Source of the DNA: an uncultured Candidatus Saccharibacteria bacterium
GTDB taxonomy: Bacteria; Patescibacteriota; SICC01
Direction: 5' to 3'
Length of the DNA stretch: 64,000 bases
Assembly: GCA_964476895.1 (NCBI GenBank)
Contig: CAYZCS010000001.1
Span: forward strand, 1,351 to 65,350
A program made the position numbers and the translations under genes. This document shows, piece by piece, positions 55,280 through 64,000 of the stretch (positions are counted from its first letter, which is position 1; the number at the start of each line of letters is the position of its first letter). The notes under the pieces are model-generated. The model was not told the DNA's origin and did not search any database. It saw only the letters and a program-made list of their open reading frames with translations.

Positions 55280-57802
55280 CGCGTCCAAGGCTTTGGCGAG
55301 GTTGACCCCTTTCCCAAGCACGCCGCTCCACAAATCGCCCTTCCGTTCCAAGCGTTTCCCGATCGTCCCGACCGTGAAGCGTTTCGGGTCGAGGCCCTTC
55401 CGCACCTCGGACCATTCCAGCGGCGTCGAGACGGTCGCACCCGGCACCGGACGCAGGCAGTACGCCGCCGCCATGGTCTGGCCTTTCCGGTTCTGCAGGA
55501 AGTCCAGGTAGACCTTGCGTTTCCGCTTTTCGGGTTTCCGCTCCAGGCTGGTGATGTCCGGTAGCCGTTCGTGCACGAAGTGCATCAGGAGTTCCGCGAA
55601 TTGCTTGGATTGCTCGTAGTCGTATCGGGCACCCAGCGGCAGGCAGATGTGCATGCCGCTCTTGCCGGACGTCTTCGGATAACTCGGCAGGCCGAGTTCC
55701 TCGAATACCTTCCGGACGGCCTGCGCGACGTGCACCACCGTATCGAAGCCGCACGTCTTGGCATCCAGATCGATCAACAGGTAGTCCGGCCGTTCAAGCT
55801 TGTTTGCCCGCGAATGCCACGGGTTCAGCTCGATGCAGCCGAGGTTCGCCAGATACGCCAACGTCGCCTCATCCTGGCAGAGCAGCCAGGTCAGGTGCTT
55901 CTTGTTCGATTCGGAAAAGATCTTCTTCGTCTTCACCCACCCCGGCGGCTGGTCGCCCACGTCCTTCTGGTAGAAGCTCGAACCCTCGATGCCGTTCGGA
56001 TGGCGGTGCAGCGATTGCGGCCGGTCCCGCAGGTACGGCAAGATCAGCGAAGAGACGTCGCGGTAGTAGGCGATCACGTCACCCTTGGTGATCCGCTCCT
56101 CCGGCCAAAAGACCTTGCCGAGATGCGTCAATTTCACGCGGTGACCGGAGATGCTCTCGACCTTCTCGTCCGCTGCCTTCGATGCGGATCCTCCAGCCGA
56201 TCCATCGTCTTCCAGCACGGCCTCCGCCGGTTGTCCCGACTCCCGCCGCACCTCCTTCGCCGGCTTATCCTCCCGGAACCCGACGAAGACCGGCTGGCGC
56301 ATACGCCCGTCTCCCGTCCATTCGCTGAACGCGATCTCACAGACCAGCTTCGGCTGCACCCAGGTGACCGGTGCGTTGGTCTTGGGTTCGTCCGCGAACG
56401 GCGAGGTCTTCCGCCGCAGGCGGTGCAGGCGCCGGTAGGTCTCATCGAGCATCCGTTGGCCGAAACCCGTGCCGGTATGGCCGACGTAGCGGAACTTCCC
56501 GTCCTCATAGACACCAAGCACCAGGGCCCCGAATCCTTTGCGGCTGCCTCGCGGCGCGGTGAACCCACCGATCACCGCTTCCTGCCGGTGCCCCGTCTTC
56601 ACTTTCAACCAGGCATCGCTGCGGCAGCCCGGCTGGTATGGACTCGCGCCGTCCTTGGCGATGATCCCCTCGAGTCCCTGCTCTTCGGCGGCCCGGAAGA
56701 AACCGCACCCGTCCCGATCGACGTGTTCGCTGAGCCGGACCCGTTCTCCGCCCTGCACGAATGCGGCCAGGACCTCTTTCCGCCGGGTAAGCGGCAGTCC
56801 CGTCAGGTCGCGGCCATCCAAGTGCAGGATGTCGAAAACGTAGTAGACGAGGCTTCCCCGCCCGGTAGTGTGGTACTGCTGGAGCCGCTGGAAGTCGGAC
56901 TTGCCCGTCTCATCGACCGCGACGATCTCGCCATCCAGCACGGCATCGCGACCGAGCGAGGCCAGTTCCTCGACCACCGGCCCGTACCGGTCACTGAAAT
57001 CGATGCCGTTCCGTGAGTAGAGGCGGACCGCGCCCTTCCGGACCTCTCCGATCGCCCGGTACCCGTCCCACTTGATCTCGTAGAGCCAGCCGGAACGGTT
57101 GAACGGTTCCTTCACCAGCGTGGCCAACATCGGCTTCACGTCCCTCGGCATCGCGCCTTTCGGGGCAGCCGGCGGCGCGGACACGGATGCTCGGCGACGC
57201 TTCGAAGCACTACCTTTCTTACGTCCCGGCTTCGTACCGCCGGCAATCTCCTCCAGCGTCCGTCTCGTCTTCGCCGACGTGTCCCGCGCGGTCACGTCAT
57301 CTTCCGTCGCGTGCTCGTCCTGTTTCTTGATCAACAGCCAGTTGTTCTCGCCGCGCCCTTTCATCTTGACGAGCGCGTAGGCTCCGCGCAGCTTCTTCCC
57401 GTGCAGCACGAACTTCAGGTCGCCTTTGTGCAACCCCGCTCGCAGCGTCTTCTCTGGATCGTCGCTCTCCTCGTACGGCACGTACGTCCCCTCGTCCCAG
57501 ACCATTACCGCCCCGGCGCCGTAGTTACCTTCGGGAATCGTTCCTTCGAACGTCCGGTACTCGAACGGGTGGTCCTCGACCATCATCGCGAGGCGTTTGT
57601 CGGCGGGGTCCAGCGACGGCCCCTTCGGCACCGCCCAGCTCTTCAGCACGCCGCCCAGCTCCAACCGGAAGTCATAGTGCAGGCGCGTGGCCGCGTGCTT
57701 CTGCACGACGAATCGGAGCCGCTTGCCCGCACGGCGGGCGGATCCTTTCGGCTCGGGCGTCTTGCCGAAAGAACGTTTCTTCCGGTACGCCGTCAGCCCC
57801 AT
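55265..57802 (-). CDS. ligD: multidomain DNA ligase D (phosphoesterase - ATP-dependent ligase - polymerase/primase)
   Basis: PE domain (FVVQKHAATRLHYDFRLE), ligase KxDG (YEIKWDGYRAI), Pol domain (SGKSGMHICLPL). Confidence 0.85.
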   Translation of the reverse strand: MGLTAYRKKRSFGKTPEPKGSARRAGKRLRFVVQKHAATRLHYDFRLELGGVLKSWAVPKGPSLDPADKRLAMMVEDHPFEYRTFEGTIPEGNYGAGAVMVWDEGTYVPYEESDDPEKTLRAGLHKGDLKFVLHGKKLRGAYALVKMKGRGENNWLLIKKQDEHATEDDVTARDTSAKTRRTLEEIAGGTKPGRKKGSASKRRRASVSAPPAAPKGAMPRDVKPMLATLVKEPFNRSGWLYEIKWDGYRAIGEVRKGAVRLYSRNGIDFSDRYGPVVEELASLGRDAVLDGEIVAVDETGKSDFQRLQQYHTTGRGSLVYYVFDILHLDGRDLTGLPLTRRKEVLAAFVQGGERVRLSEHVDRDGCGFFRAAEEQGLEGIIAKDGASPYQPGCRSDAWLKVKTGHRQEAVIGGFTAPRGSRKGFGALVLGVYEDGKFRYVGHTGTGFGQRMLDETYRRLHRLRRKTSPFADEPKTNAPVTWVQPKLVCEIAFSEWTGDGRMRQPVFVGFREDKPAKEVRRESGQPAEAVLEDDGSAGGSASKAADEKVESISGHRVKLTHLGKVFWPEERITKGDVIAYYRDVSSLILPYLRDRPQSLHRHPNGIEGSSFYQKDVGDQPPGWVKTKKIFSESNKKHLTWLLCQDEATLAYLANLGCIELNPWHSRANKLERPDYLLIDLDAKTCGFDTVVHVAQAVRKVFEELGLPSYPKTSGKSGMHICLPLGARYDYEQSKQFAELLMHFVHERLPDITSLERKPEKRKRKVYLDFLQNRKGQTMAAAYCLRPVPGATVSTPLEWSEVRKGLDPKRFTVGTIGKRLERKGDLWSGVLGKGVNLAKALDALSRD

Positions 57803-58584
57803 CAGGCCGCCGTCTTCTTGCGCCCGCGTTCGAGACTCTTCCGGAGCGTCGACATCAGGTCGGTCACGGCCGTCGGCTCAGGTTCCTTGCCTTTCGTCTC
57901 AACCTTCTTGCCCTTGGCTTTCTTCGCGATCACTCCCCGCAGCTCGCGCCGGTAGTCGTCCTTGAAGTCCCTCGGGTCGAAGTGCTCGGTCAGCTGGTCG
58001 ATCAACGTAAGCGCCATGTCGAGCTCCCGTTTGTCGGCCTGCTTCGCGTCCGGCACGTCGAGACCGACGGGCTTTCGGATCTCGTCGCTGTACCGGAGCT
58101 GCTCCAACACGATCACGTTGCCGGTCGGCTTGATCACACCGAGATGCTCCTTGTTACGCAGCACGAACTCCGCCACACCGACCTTCTTCGAGCGGCGGAG
58201 CGCCTCGCGCAGCAGCGCGTACGGCTTGGCGGCACCCTTGTCCGGTTCCAAATAGTACGGCCGTTCCGCATAAATCAGGTCAATCTCTCCCTCGTCGGTG
58301 AACTCGGCGATGTTGATCGTCTTCGTCCGCTTCACGTTCGCCTTCTTGAACTCCTCGTCCGTAAGCACGATGAAGTCTCCTTTTTGGTATTCGTACCCCC
58401 GAACGATCTGGTCGAACGGGACCTCCTTGCCATCCGCCCGGGCCACCTTCAGGTAGCGTATCGGTGAAAGATCGCCTTTCCGGAGGTACCGGAACTTAAG
58501 GTCGCCGTCACCCGCGGCCGAATACATCCGCACTGGGATGTTCACTAGCCCGAAGCTGAGGGCGCCGGTCCACATCGCTCGCAT
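57802..58584 (-). CDS. ku: Ku protein (NHEJ)
   Basis: MRAMWTGALSFGLVNIPVRMY Ku core; its stop overlaps the ligD start (ATGA). Confidence 0.85.
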   Translation of the reverse strand: MRAMWTGALSFGLVNIPVRMYSAAGDGDLKFRYLRKGDLSPIRYLKVARADGKEVPFDQIVRGYEYQKGDFIVLTDEEFKKANVKRTKTINIAEFTDEGEIDLIYAERPYYLEPDKGAAKPYALLREALRRSKKVGVAEFVLRNKEHLGVIKPTGNVIVLEQLRYSDEIRKPVGLDVPDAKQADKRELDMALTLIDQLTEHFDPRDFKDDYRRELRGVIAKKAKGKKVETKGKEPEPTAVTDLMSTLRKSLERGRKKTAA

Positions 58585-58647
58585 GCCCACAGCATACAAG
58601 GATACGACCGCCTTGCTTTGGCAATAGTCACAATCGTGGCGCCGGCG

Positions 58648-59184
58648 TCACGGACCGGGGAGGAGCGGCGGAAGCGCTTTGTCCGTCTCGGAAACGACGG
58701 TGCCCAGGGGGTTGCTCTCCAGCGCCCGGCGTACCGATTCGCGGGACGGCCCCTGGAGCCTGGAGGTCGCCGGTCCTAATTGCCGCTGTCGGTGCCGGTG
58801 ACTGGCGGCGGCGCGGGCCTCCACTTTCTCAAGGGATTCCTCGGGTGCGCCCCGGGACCGCAGGCCGGCCAGTTCCGCCTGGACGTTCCGATCGGATCGG
58901 AGGACTCGCTCGGCGGCTTCCGCGATCAGGTCGACCGAGGCCTGCTGCTGCAACAACCGCTCCAGCTCGGCTATCTTCGTATCGGTGTTATCCAGGTACT
59001 CCTGGGCGCGCTTGGTACCGCTCGGCACCGTCGCGATCCGCAGCTCTACGAACGCCTGCTTCAACCCGTAGGTCAGGTCCCCGGGGACGCTCCGTGCGGC
59101 ATCCGCGGCGACCGCGGCGAAACCGACCAGAAGCATCGCGGCGATGCCGGCGGCGTATGCCTTCCTGCGGGTCATCCGGATCAT
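58648..59184 (-). CDS. hypothetical exported/membrane-anchored protein
   Basis: N-terminal hydrophobic segment AYAAGIAAMLLVGFAAVAA, then a helical region. Confidence 0.45.
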   Translation of the reverse strand: MIRMTRRKAYAAGIAAMLLVGFAAVAADAARSVPGDLTYGLKQAFVELRIATVPSGTKRAQEYLDNTDTKIAELERLLQQQASVDLIAEAAERVLRSDRNVQAELAGLRSRGAPEESLEKVEARAAASHRHRQRQLGPATSRLQGPSRESVRRALESNPLGTVVSETDKALPPLLPGP

Positions 59185-61076
59185 GTGCCGACAGCCTCGG
59201 ATTCCACGGGCGCCGGTTCGGTCGCCTGTTTGAACGTCAGCCGGACGGTCGTGCCCGCCTCGGGCGTGGAGGATATCGTGAGCATCCCGCCCTGGCGTTC
59301 GACCAGTTCCTTGGTGATCGCCAGGCCGAGGCCGCTGCCGCCGGCCGCGATGGAAAGCTCGTTCTCCTCCCGATAGAACTTCTCGAAGACCCGTTTGAGG
59401 TTCTCCGGCTTGATACCGATCCCCGTATCACGGATTTCGATCACGACCTGTCTTTCGGTGAGCAGGGTCATCAGGGATACCTTGCCCCCCGATGGCGTGT
59501 ACTTCAGCGCGTTATCGAGCAGATTCACGATGACCTGGGCGAAGCGGTCGCGGTCGACCCAGATCCGTACGCCATCCGGCACCTGGTCCTCGAAACGCAG
59601 GTCGACCTCCTTGCGCTCGAACATGGTCCGGAGCGTCTCCAACTCCCCGCGGATCACCGATGCCGGCTCCACGGGAGCCAGGTCGAATGCCAGCTTGTTG
59701 TGGTCCAGGCGCGTAATCTGCAGCAGGTCCTCCACCAGCCGGCCGAGTCGCTGGGCCGCGCTGAAGGCGCGCTCCGTGAAGCGCGCCGTATCGCCCTGAT
59801 CGCTGCGGGCCATCGAGAGGTAGCCCATCAGGGCGGTGAGCGGCGTGCGGAGCTCGTGCGACGCGGTCGAGACGAACTGCTGCTGCCGCTGCTGGAGCGC
59901 CCACCGATCACTGATGTCCCGGAAGATCGCCACGGCGCCCCTGACCCGGCCGTTGTGCACGATCGGCGCGGCGCTGGTCTCCATGCGGAACCGGCTGCCG
60001 TCGCGCCGGACCAACAGGTACCGGTCGGAGCGCACGGTGTTGCCGCTGCTCAGGGCACGGCCGACCGGACGCCTTGAGAACGGCAGCGGCTTTCCGTCCT
60101 CCGTGTACGCGGAATAGACCTGGGAGACATGCCGGCCGATGGCCTCTTCCTTGCGCCAGCCAAGCATCTGCTCGAACGCCTGGTTGACCATCACGATCGT
60201 CCCGTCGCGCTCGACGACCACCAGCCCGTCGCTGACCGCTTCGAGAAACGCTTCGGTACGGGCTTTGGAACGGGTCAGGCGCCGCTTCTCCTGGCGAAGC
60301 TCCTTGAGATTCTCGAAGAGCCGGGCCGTCTTTTCCTGGACCTGTGCTTCCAGACCGTGTTGGGCCCGCTCCAACTGCTCGGCCATCACGTTGAACGTCT
60401 CGGACAACTCACCGATTTCGTCGGAGGAGTGCACCCGGGCACGGCTTCGCAGGTTACCGCGGCTGAAGGACCGCACCGCCCGGGTCAGTCCGCGGACGGG
60501 ATGGGTGATCACCCGCCCGAAGAACGAGGCCAGCAGCAGGACCAGTATCGACGCCGTGACACCGAGGACCAGGAAGATGTTCCGGATCACGCCGACCGGG
60601 GCGAACGCCTCGGCCCGGTCGATCTTCGCGACCAGTCCCCAGCCCGGAGCGAATTGCCGCGTCACGGCCAGTACCGTGTTGCCGCGATAATCGGCGGCGG
60701 AGGGAAAGACCGCCTCGCCCGTATTCAGCGCTTGGGCGCCGAGTTCGGTTCCCTGATTGCCGGCGGTGAAACGCAGCGACGTGACCGCGGCTGTAGTATT
60801 ACCGTCCCGACGGACCACGAACGTCTCCCCGGTCGCACCGAAAGCCGGCGGCTCAGCCTCGCGAATCGCCCCGGCACCGCCCGTTTCAAGCAGCTCCCCG
60901 TACCGTTGCTCCTCGATGTCCGCGATGGTGTGGAGGTTCTGGATCGTCTGGGTCTCCAACGAATGCCGGACGACCAGGTACATCACGCTCCCGGCCAACG
61001 CCATGGAGACCAGCGCCACCACAAGCGCCAAACCGACCACCTTGCGAGTGATTGTAAGTTTCAGCTTTCCTAACAC
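59181..61076 (-). CDS. sensor histidine kinase (TM sensor, PAS, HisKA, HATPase_c)
   Basis: H-box SHELRTPLTAL, N/G boxes LLDNALKYT...DTGIGI...GGSGLGLAI, PAS-like VVVERDGTIVMVNQAFEQMLGW. Confidence 0.85.
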   Translation of the reverse strand: MLGKLKLTITRKVVGLALVVALVSMALAGSVMYLVVRHSLETQTIQNLHTIADIEEQRYGELLETGGAGAIREAEPPAFGATGETFVVRRDGNTTAAVTSLRFTAGNQGTELGAQALNTGEAVFPSAADYRGNTVLAVTRQFAPGWGLVAKIDRAEAFAPVGVIRNIFLVLGVTASILVLLLASFFGRVITHPVRGLTRAVRSFSRGNLRSRARVHSSDEIGELSETFNVMAEQLERAQHGLEAQVQEKTARLFENLKELRQEKRRLTRSKARTEAFLEAVSDGLVVVERDGTIVMVNQAFEQMLGWRKEEAIGRHVSQVYSAYTEDGKPLPFSRRPVGRALSSGNTVRSDRYLLVRRDGSRFRMETSAAPIVHNGRVRGAVAIFRDISDRWALQQRQQQFVSTASHELRTPLTALMGYLSMARSDQGDTARFTERAFSAAQRLGRLVEDLLQITRLDHNKLAFDLAPVEPASVIRGELETLRTMFERKEVDLRFEDQVPDGVRIWVDRDRFAQVIVNLLDNALKYTPSGGKVSLMTLLTERQVVIEIRDTGIGIKPENLKRVFEKFYREENELSIAAGGSGLGLAITKELVERQGGMLTISSTPEAGTTVRLTFKQATEPAPVESEAVGT

Positions 61077-61200
61077 GCTTTATTGAAAGAGTATCTACGT
61101 TACCGTTACCCTATGCTGCCGCATGTCCGCCGGGAATGGAGGAAATTACAAACCTACGCGGATTTTCTTGAAGATATCCACAGCGGTCCGGGGATGGCGG

Positions 61201-61683
61201 CTACAGGGTCCGCACCCGATGGCCGAGCGCTGTGATCATGGCGGTTTTCGGCCGGGCTTTCCAGCCCGCCTGGCGCAGCTCGTCAAGCCGCCCGATCAGG
61301 GCCCGGAACGCCGGGGCGGCGTGATCCCTGCCCTCCTCGACCGGCTCTTCGAAAAAGCCCCCGCAGGTGACGGAGGCATATTCGGGAGAGTCCACGGTGA
61401 CGCGCAAGCCGGGGTGGCTGTCGAATACCGCCATCTCCCTTCCTTCACCGTCCACATGGGCGACCACGCTTGCCTCGCACGACCCGCCGAAGCAGGCGAT
61501 TTCCACGTCCACGTCCGGCAGCACGTCTTCCAGCACACCGCTACCGTGCGTGCATGGAGGAAGCAACGCCCTGATCTCGCTTCTGAGCGTATCCTCGATC
61601 AATTCCTCATCCAACGGCTCCGTATCCCCCGCACCGCGGGTGGCTGCTTCAAGTCCGATAGCTTCCGCCGGTATGTTTTTCAT
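61201..61683 (-). CDS. hypothetical Cys-rich protein (possible Fe-S or metal-binding)
   Basis: CTHGSG...ACFGGSCEAS...TCGG cysteine pattern. Confidence 0.4.
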   Translation of the reverse strand: MKNIPAEAIGLEAATRGAGDTEPLDEELIEDTLRSEIRALLPPCTHGSGVLEDVLPDVDVEIACFGGSCEASVVAHVDGEGREMAVFDSHPGLRVTVDSPEYASVTCGGFFEEPVEEGRDHAAPAFRALIGRLDELRQAGWKARPKTAMITALGHRVRTL

Positions 61684-61897
61684 GTCGCAGGAGGCTTACT
61701 TGCTGACAGCGTACACCCATATGCCGATATGCGCGACACTTCAGGAATCCTTCCCCAAGGACCGGCCCTGACGATATACGCATTCGGAATACCGACGAAA
61801 CCCCGGCCGGTCGCACGGCAAAGTCAGTGCATTTGCCTAATGCATGCGGTGGGTCCGTTTCCTATGCTGTGGACACGTAAGGACGAAAGGAGGCCGA

Positions 61898-62287
61898 ATG
61901 CAAGCGACGGAGTTCGTACGGAAGATACGCGAACGGACGGGCGTATCGGAAGAAGAAGCGCCGCGGATGATCGCCGCGTTCCTGCGGACACTCGGTGAAC
62001 GGGTCACGACCGACGAGGCCAAGGACCTGCGCGCGCAGCTGGCACCCGAGCTGGCGAAGATGCTGGAGAAGGAATCCGGTGAGGAGGTGAAGAAGTACAC
62101 CGCCGACGAATTCGTGAAGGTGTTCGCGCTCAGGCACGATCACGGACGGGCGGAATCGTCCGGCCACGCCAAGATCATCTGGGACACACTGAGCGAAGCC
62201 GTCTCCAGCGGCGAGATGGATGACATCCGCTCCCAATTGCCGGATGACTACACGCGGTTATTCGGCCCGGCCAGGCAGCAGGCGTAG
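61898..62287 (+). CDS. DUF2267 domain protein
   Basis: MQATEFVRKIRERTGVSEEEAPRMIAAFLRTLGERV pattern; strong SD AAAGGAGG upstream of the ATG. Confidence 0.6.
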   Translation: MQATEFVRKIRERTGVSEEEAPRMIAAFLRTLGERVTTDEAKDLRAQLAPELAKMLEKESGEEVKKYTADEFVKVFALRHDHGRAESSGHAKIIWDTLSEAVSSGEMDDIRSQLPDDYTRLFGPARQQA

Positions 62288-62315
62288 TCCTTTCGTCTCC
62301 AAGCGGTGACCGGCG

Positions 62316-62804
62316 CTAGGACCGATCCGTCAGCTGACGGCGGGCATGCCGGTGGATCAACAGGCTCCCGAGGACCACGCTGGCGATGCCGAGCGCCACG
62401 AAGACCGTGTTCCAGGGCGAGGGGGTGGAGCTTTCTTCGGCAGCCGCGATGATCGCGTCCGCAGGCTCCTCTTCAGTAGCCTCCGATGCTTTCTGCTCGG
62501 CGACCGGCCACTGCTTCTTCGGCGCCGGTTTTACTTCCTGGGAGAATCGGGTCTGGGCCTGGGGTTGCGTAGGAGCATAGCCTGAATCAGCCGACTGCGT
62601 TGTGCTGGCCTTGCCTCCCACCGGCTCGTCTTCAGGAACCTGGTCGCAAGACATGTAATAGACATGTCCATCTCGTTCACACTTCTCTACGAGCTGCTGC
62701 TTCTCTCCAGTGCCGGCTTTCTGTGCCTGCGCGTTCCCCACCCCAACGACTCCTGCAAACAGGAACGCAAAAACGACGGCGAAGATTTTGAGGTGGTTTC
62801 TCAT
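62316..62804 (-). CDS. secreted protein with signal peptide and C-terminal TM anchor
   Basis: MRNHLKIFAVVFAFLFAGVVGVGNAQA signal peptide; C-terminal VFVALGIASVVLGSLLI helix. Confidence 0.5.
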   Translation of the reverse strand: MRNHLKIFAVVFAFLFAGVVGVGNAQAQKAGTGEKQQLVEKCERDGHVYYMSCDQVPEDEPVGGKASTTQSADSGYAPTQPQAQTRFSQEVKPAPKKQWPVAEQKASEATEEEPADAIIAAAEESSTPSPWNTVFVALGIASVVLGSLLIHRHARRQLTDRS

Positions 62805-62886
62805 CTGTCCGCTTTCCGCCCGGGAATACCCCTGAGCACCGGCACTATAGGCGCAGAAAACGCGTCTGTCAAGGTCATTATCGCCA

Positions 62887-63987
62887 CTATGCCACCTGCC
62901 GGTCCCGTTCGGAATCGGTGAGGAACGCCGGGGATGCATCCCATCCGTCCGGTGCCGGGGCTCGGGATGCTTCCCGTTCCGCCCGTCGGTCGTGCGCCCC
63001 GCCTGCGTGCGCAGAGCGAAGCGATCCGGCCAGCATCTCTTCGAGCAACTGTAGTCCCCGCTTCTCCATCATCTGGGCCCTCCCGTGCGTCACGCCCAGT
63101 CTTTGGCCGATCCGGTCGTACGACTCGGGTTTTTTCCCTTCGAACAGGTAGCGGCCCCGGATGATGGCCGCCTCCCCGGGGTGGTACCGTTCCAGCTTCC
63201 TGAGCCCTTCCGCCAGGAGTCCCCGCTCTTCCGCCGCCGCGGCTTCTTCCGCAGGCTCGGGAGCGGAATCAGGAAGCAGGCCTCCAAGCGTATTGCCGTC
63301 CTCGCCTTCCTTGTTGCCGACCGGACGATCCAATGACGCCGTGGTCCGGCTGGCATCGCGCCACCCTGCCACGTCGGCCGCTTCCACGCCCATCTTCTCG
63401 GCGATTTCCGTAACGGTCGGTTCCCGTCCCAGCGTCGCCATCAGGGCGGATTCCGCCCCTTTCATCTTGTTGACCTCTTCGTAGATGTGAACGGGCAGCC
63501 GGATGCTCCGTCCCTTGTCCGCGACTCCCCGACGTACCGCCTGGCGAATCCACCAGCTTGCATACGTCGAGAACTTGAATCCCCGTCGATGATCGAACTT
63601 TTCGACGGCCCGGATCAGACCGATGTTCCCTTCCTGGATCAGGTCGAGCAGCGGCAGGTCGGAGTGCCGGTACGTCTTCGCGATCGAGACGACGAGACGG
63701 AGGTTGGATTCGACCATCCGGTCCTTCGCCTCCATGTCGCCACGGCCGATCCGCTGAGCCAGACTGCGCTCTTCCGAAGCGGTCAGGAGCGGATACTGGG
63801 AGATACCGTCCAGGTACGCCTGCAAGGAGTCTACGGAAGAAACCGTCCATGCTTCCGACATCACCTGTTCGGCGGGCGACTGATCCTGCCCCGAAACCGT
63901 CCCGTCCCCGACCAGCTCCTCTGACTCCAGGGCAGCTTCGGGCTCCAGGGCCATCTCGATGTCGGGTGCTTCCTTCATCATCACCAA
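62887..63987 (-). CDS. RNA polymerase sigma-70 family factor (second RpoD-like paralog)
   Basis: [42 protein letters not shown], region 4 HTH; N-terminus lies about 13 nt from the right window edge. Confidence 0.85.
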   Translation of the reverse strand: MVMMKEAPDIEMALEPEAALESEELVGDGTVSGQDQSPAEQVMSEAWTVSSVDSLQAYLDGISQYPLLTASEERSLAQRIGRGDMEAKDRMVESNLRLVVSIAKTYRHSDLPLLDLIQEGNIGLIRAVEKFDHRRGFKFSTYASWWIRQAVRRGVADKGRSIRLPVHIYEEVNKMKGAESALMATLGREPTVTEIAEKMGVEAADVAGWRDASRTTASLDRPVGNKEGEDGNTLGGLLPDSAPEPAEEAAAAEERGLLAEGLRKLERYHPGEAAIIRGRYLFEGKKPESYDRIGQRLGVTHGRAQMMEKRGLQLLEEMLAGSLRSAHAGGAHDRRAEREASRAPAPDGWDASPAFLTDSERDRQVA

Positions 63988-64000
63988 CGTATCATCACAC

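Overview
This is a high-GC (about 65-70%) bacterial chromosomal segment, mostly housekeeping genes, interrupted by several low-GC or repeat-bounded accessory patches.

Housekeeping content:
- A tRNA cluster: Trp, Thr(TGT), Tyr and Thr(GGT), plus an rpmG gene too short for the ORF track.
- A translationally coupled lgt-lspA-rluA-gmk operon followed by holB.
- rmuC, a UvrD-family helicase-nuclease, a GT39 mannosyltransferase-like gene, argS, smpB, purN, lysA, a tmRNA (ssrA) and aspS.
- A RelA/SpoT-like synthetase, two RpoD-like sigma factors, a YvcK-family gene, a DEAD-box helicase, a Ku-LigD NHEJ pair and an orphan sensor kinase.

Accessory or unusual content:
- A lower-GC patch reaching the left window edge, ending in an imperfect 40-bp repeat of the tRNA-Trp 3' half. 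This looks like an att-like integration scar.
- A 2.7-kb stretch around smpB carrying three copies of one structured terminator module, a diverged duplicate of the smpB 5' end, and unannotated single-helix micro-ORFs.
- A roughly 10-kb lower-GC region starting at the tmRNA 3' end. Its most striking part is a 3-kb, 38%-GC cassette encoding a SIR2-like protein plus a GHKL-ATPase/PD-(D/E)xK protein, which I consider a candidate (possibly undescribed) anti-phage defence pair.
- Gene remnants and paralog families: a PhnB-like 3' remnant, tandem VOC genes, and paired lipoproteins with a shared leader.

Coordinates of features I located myself (RNAs, repeats, start refinements) may be off by 1-2 nt. 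CDS boundaries follow the supplied ORF track. All functional calls rest on motif recognition by eye, and no database search was run.
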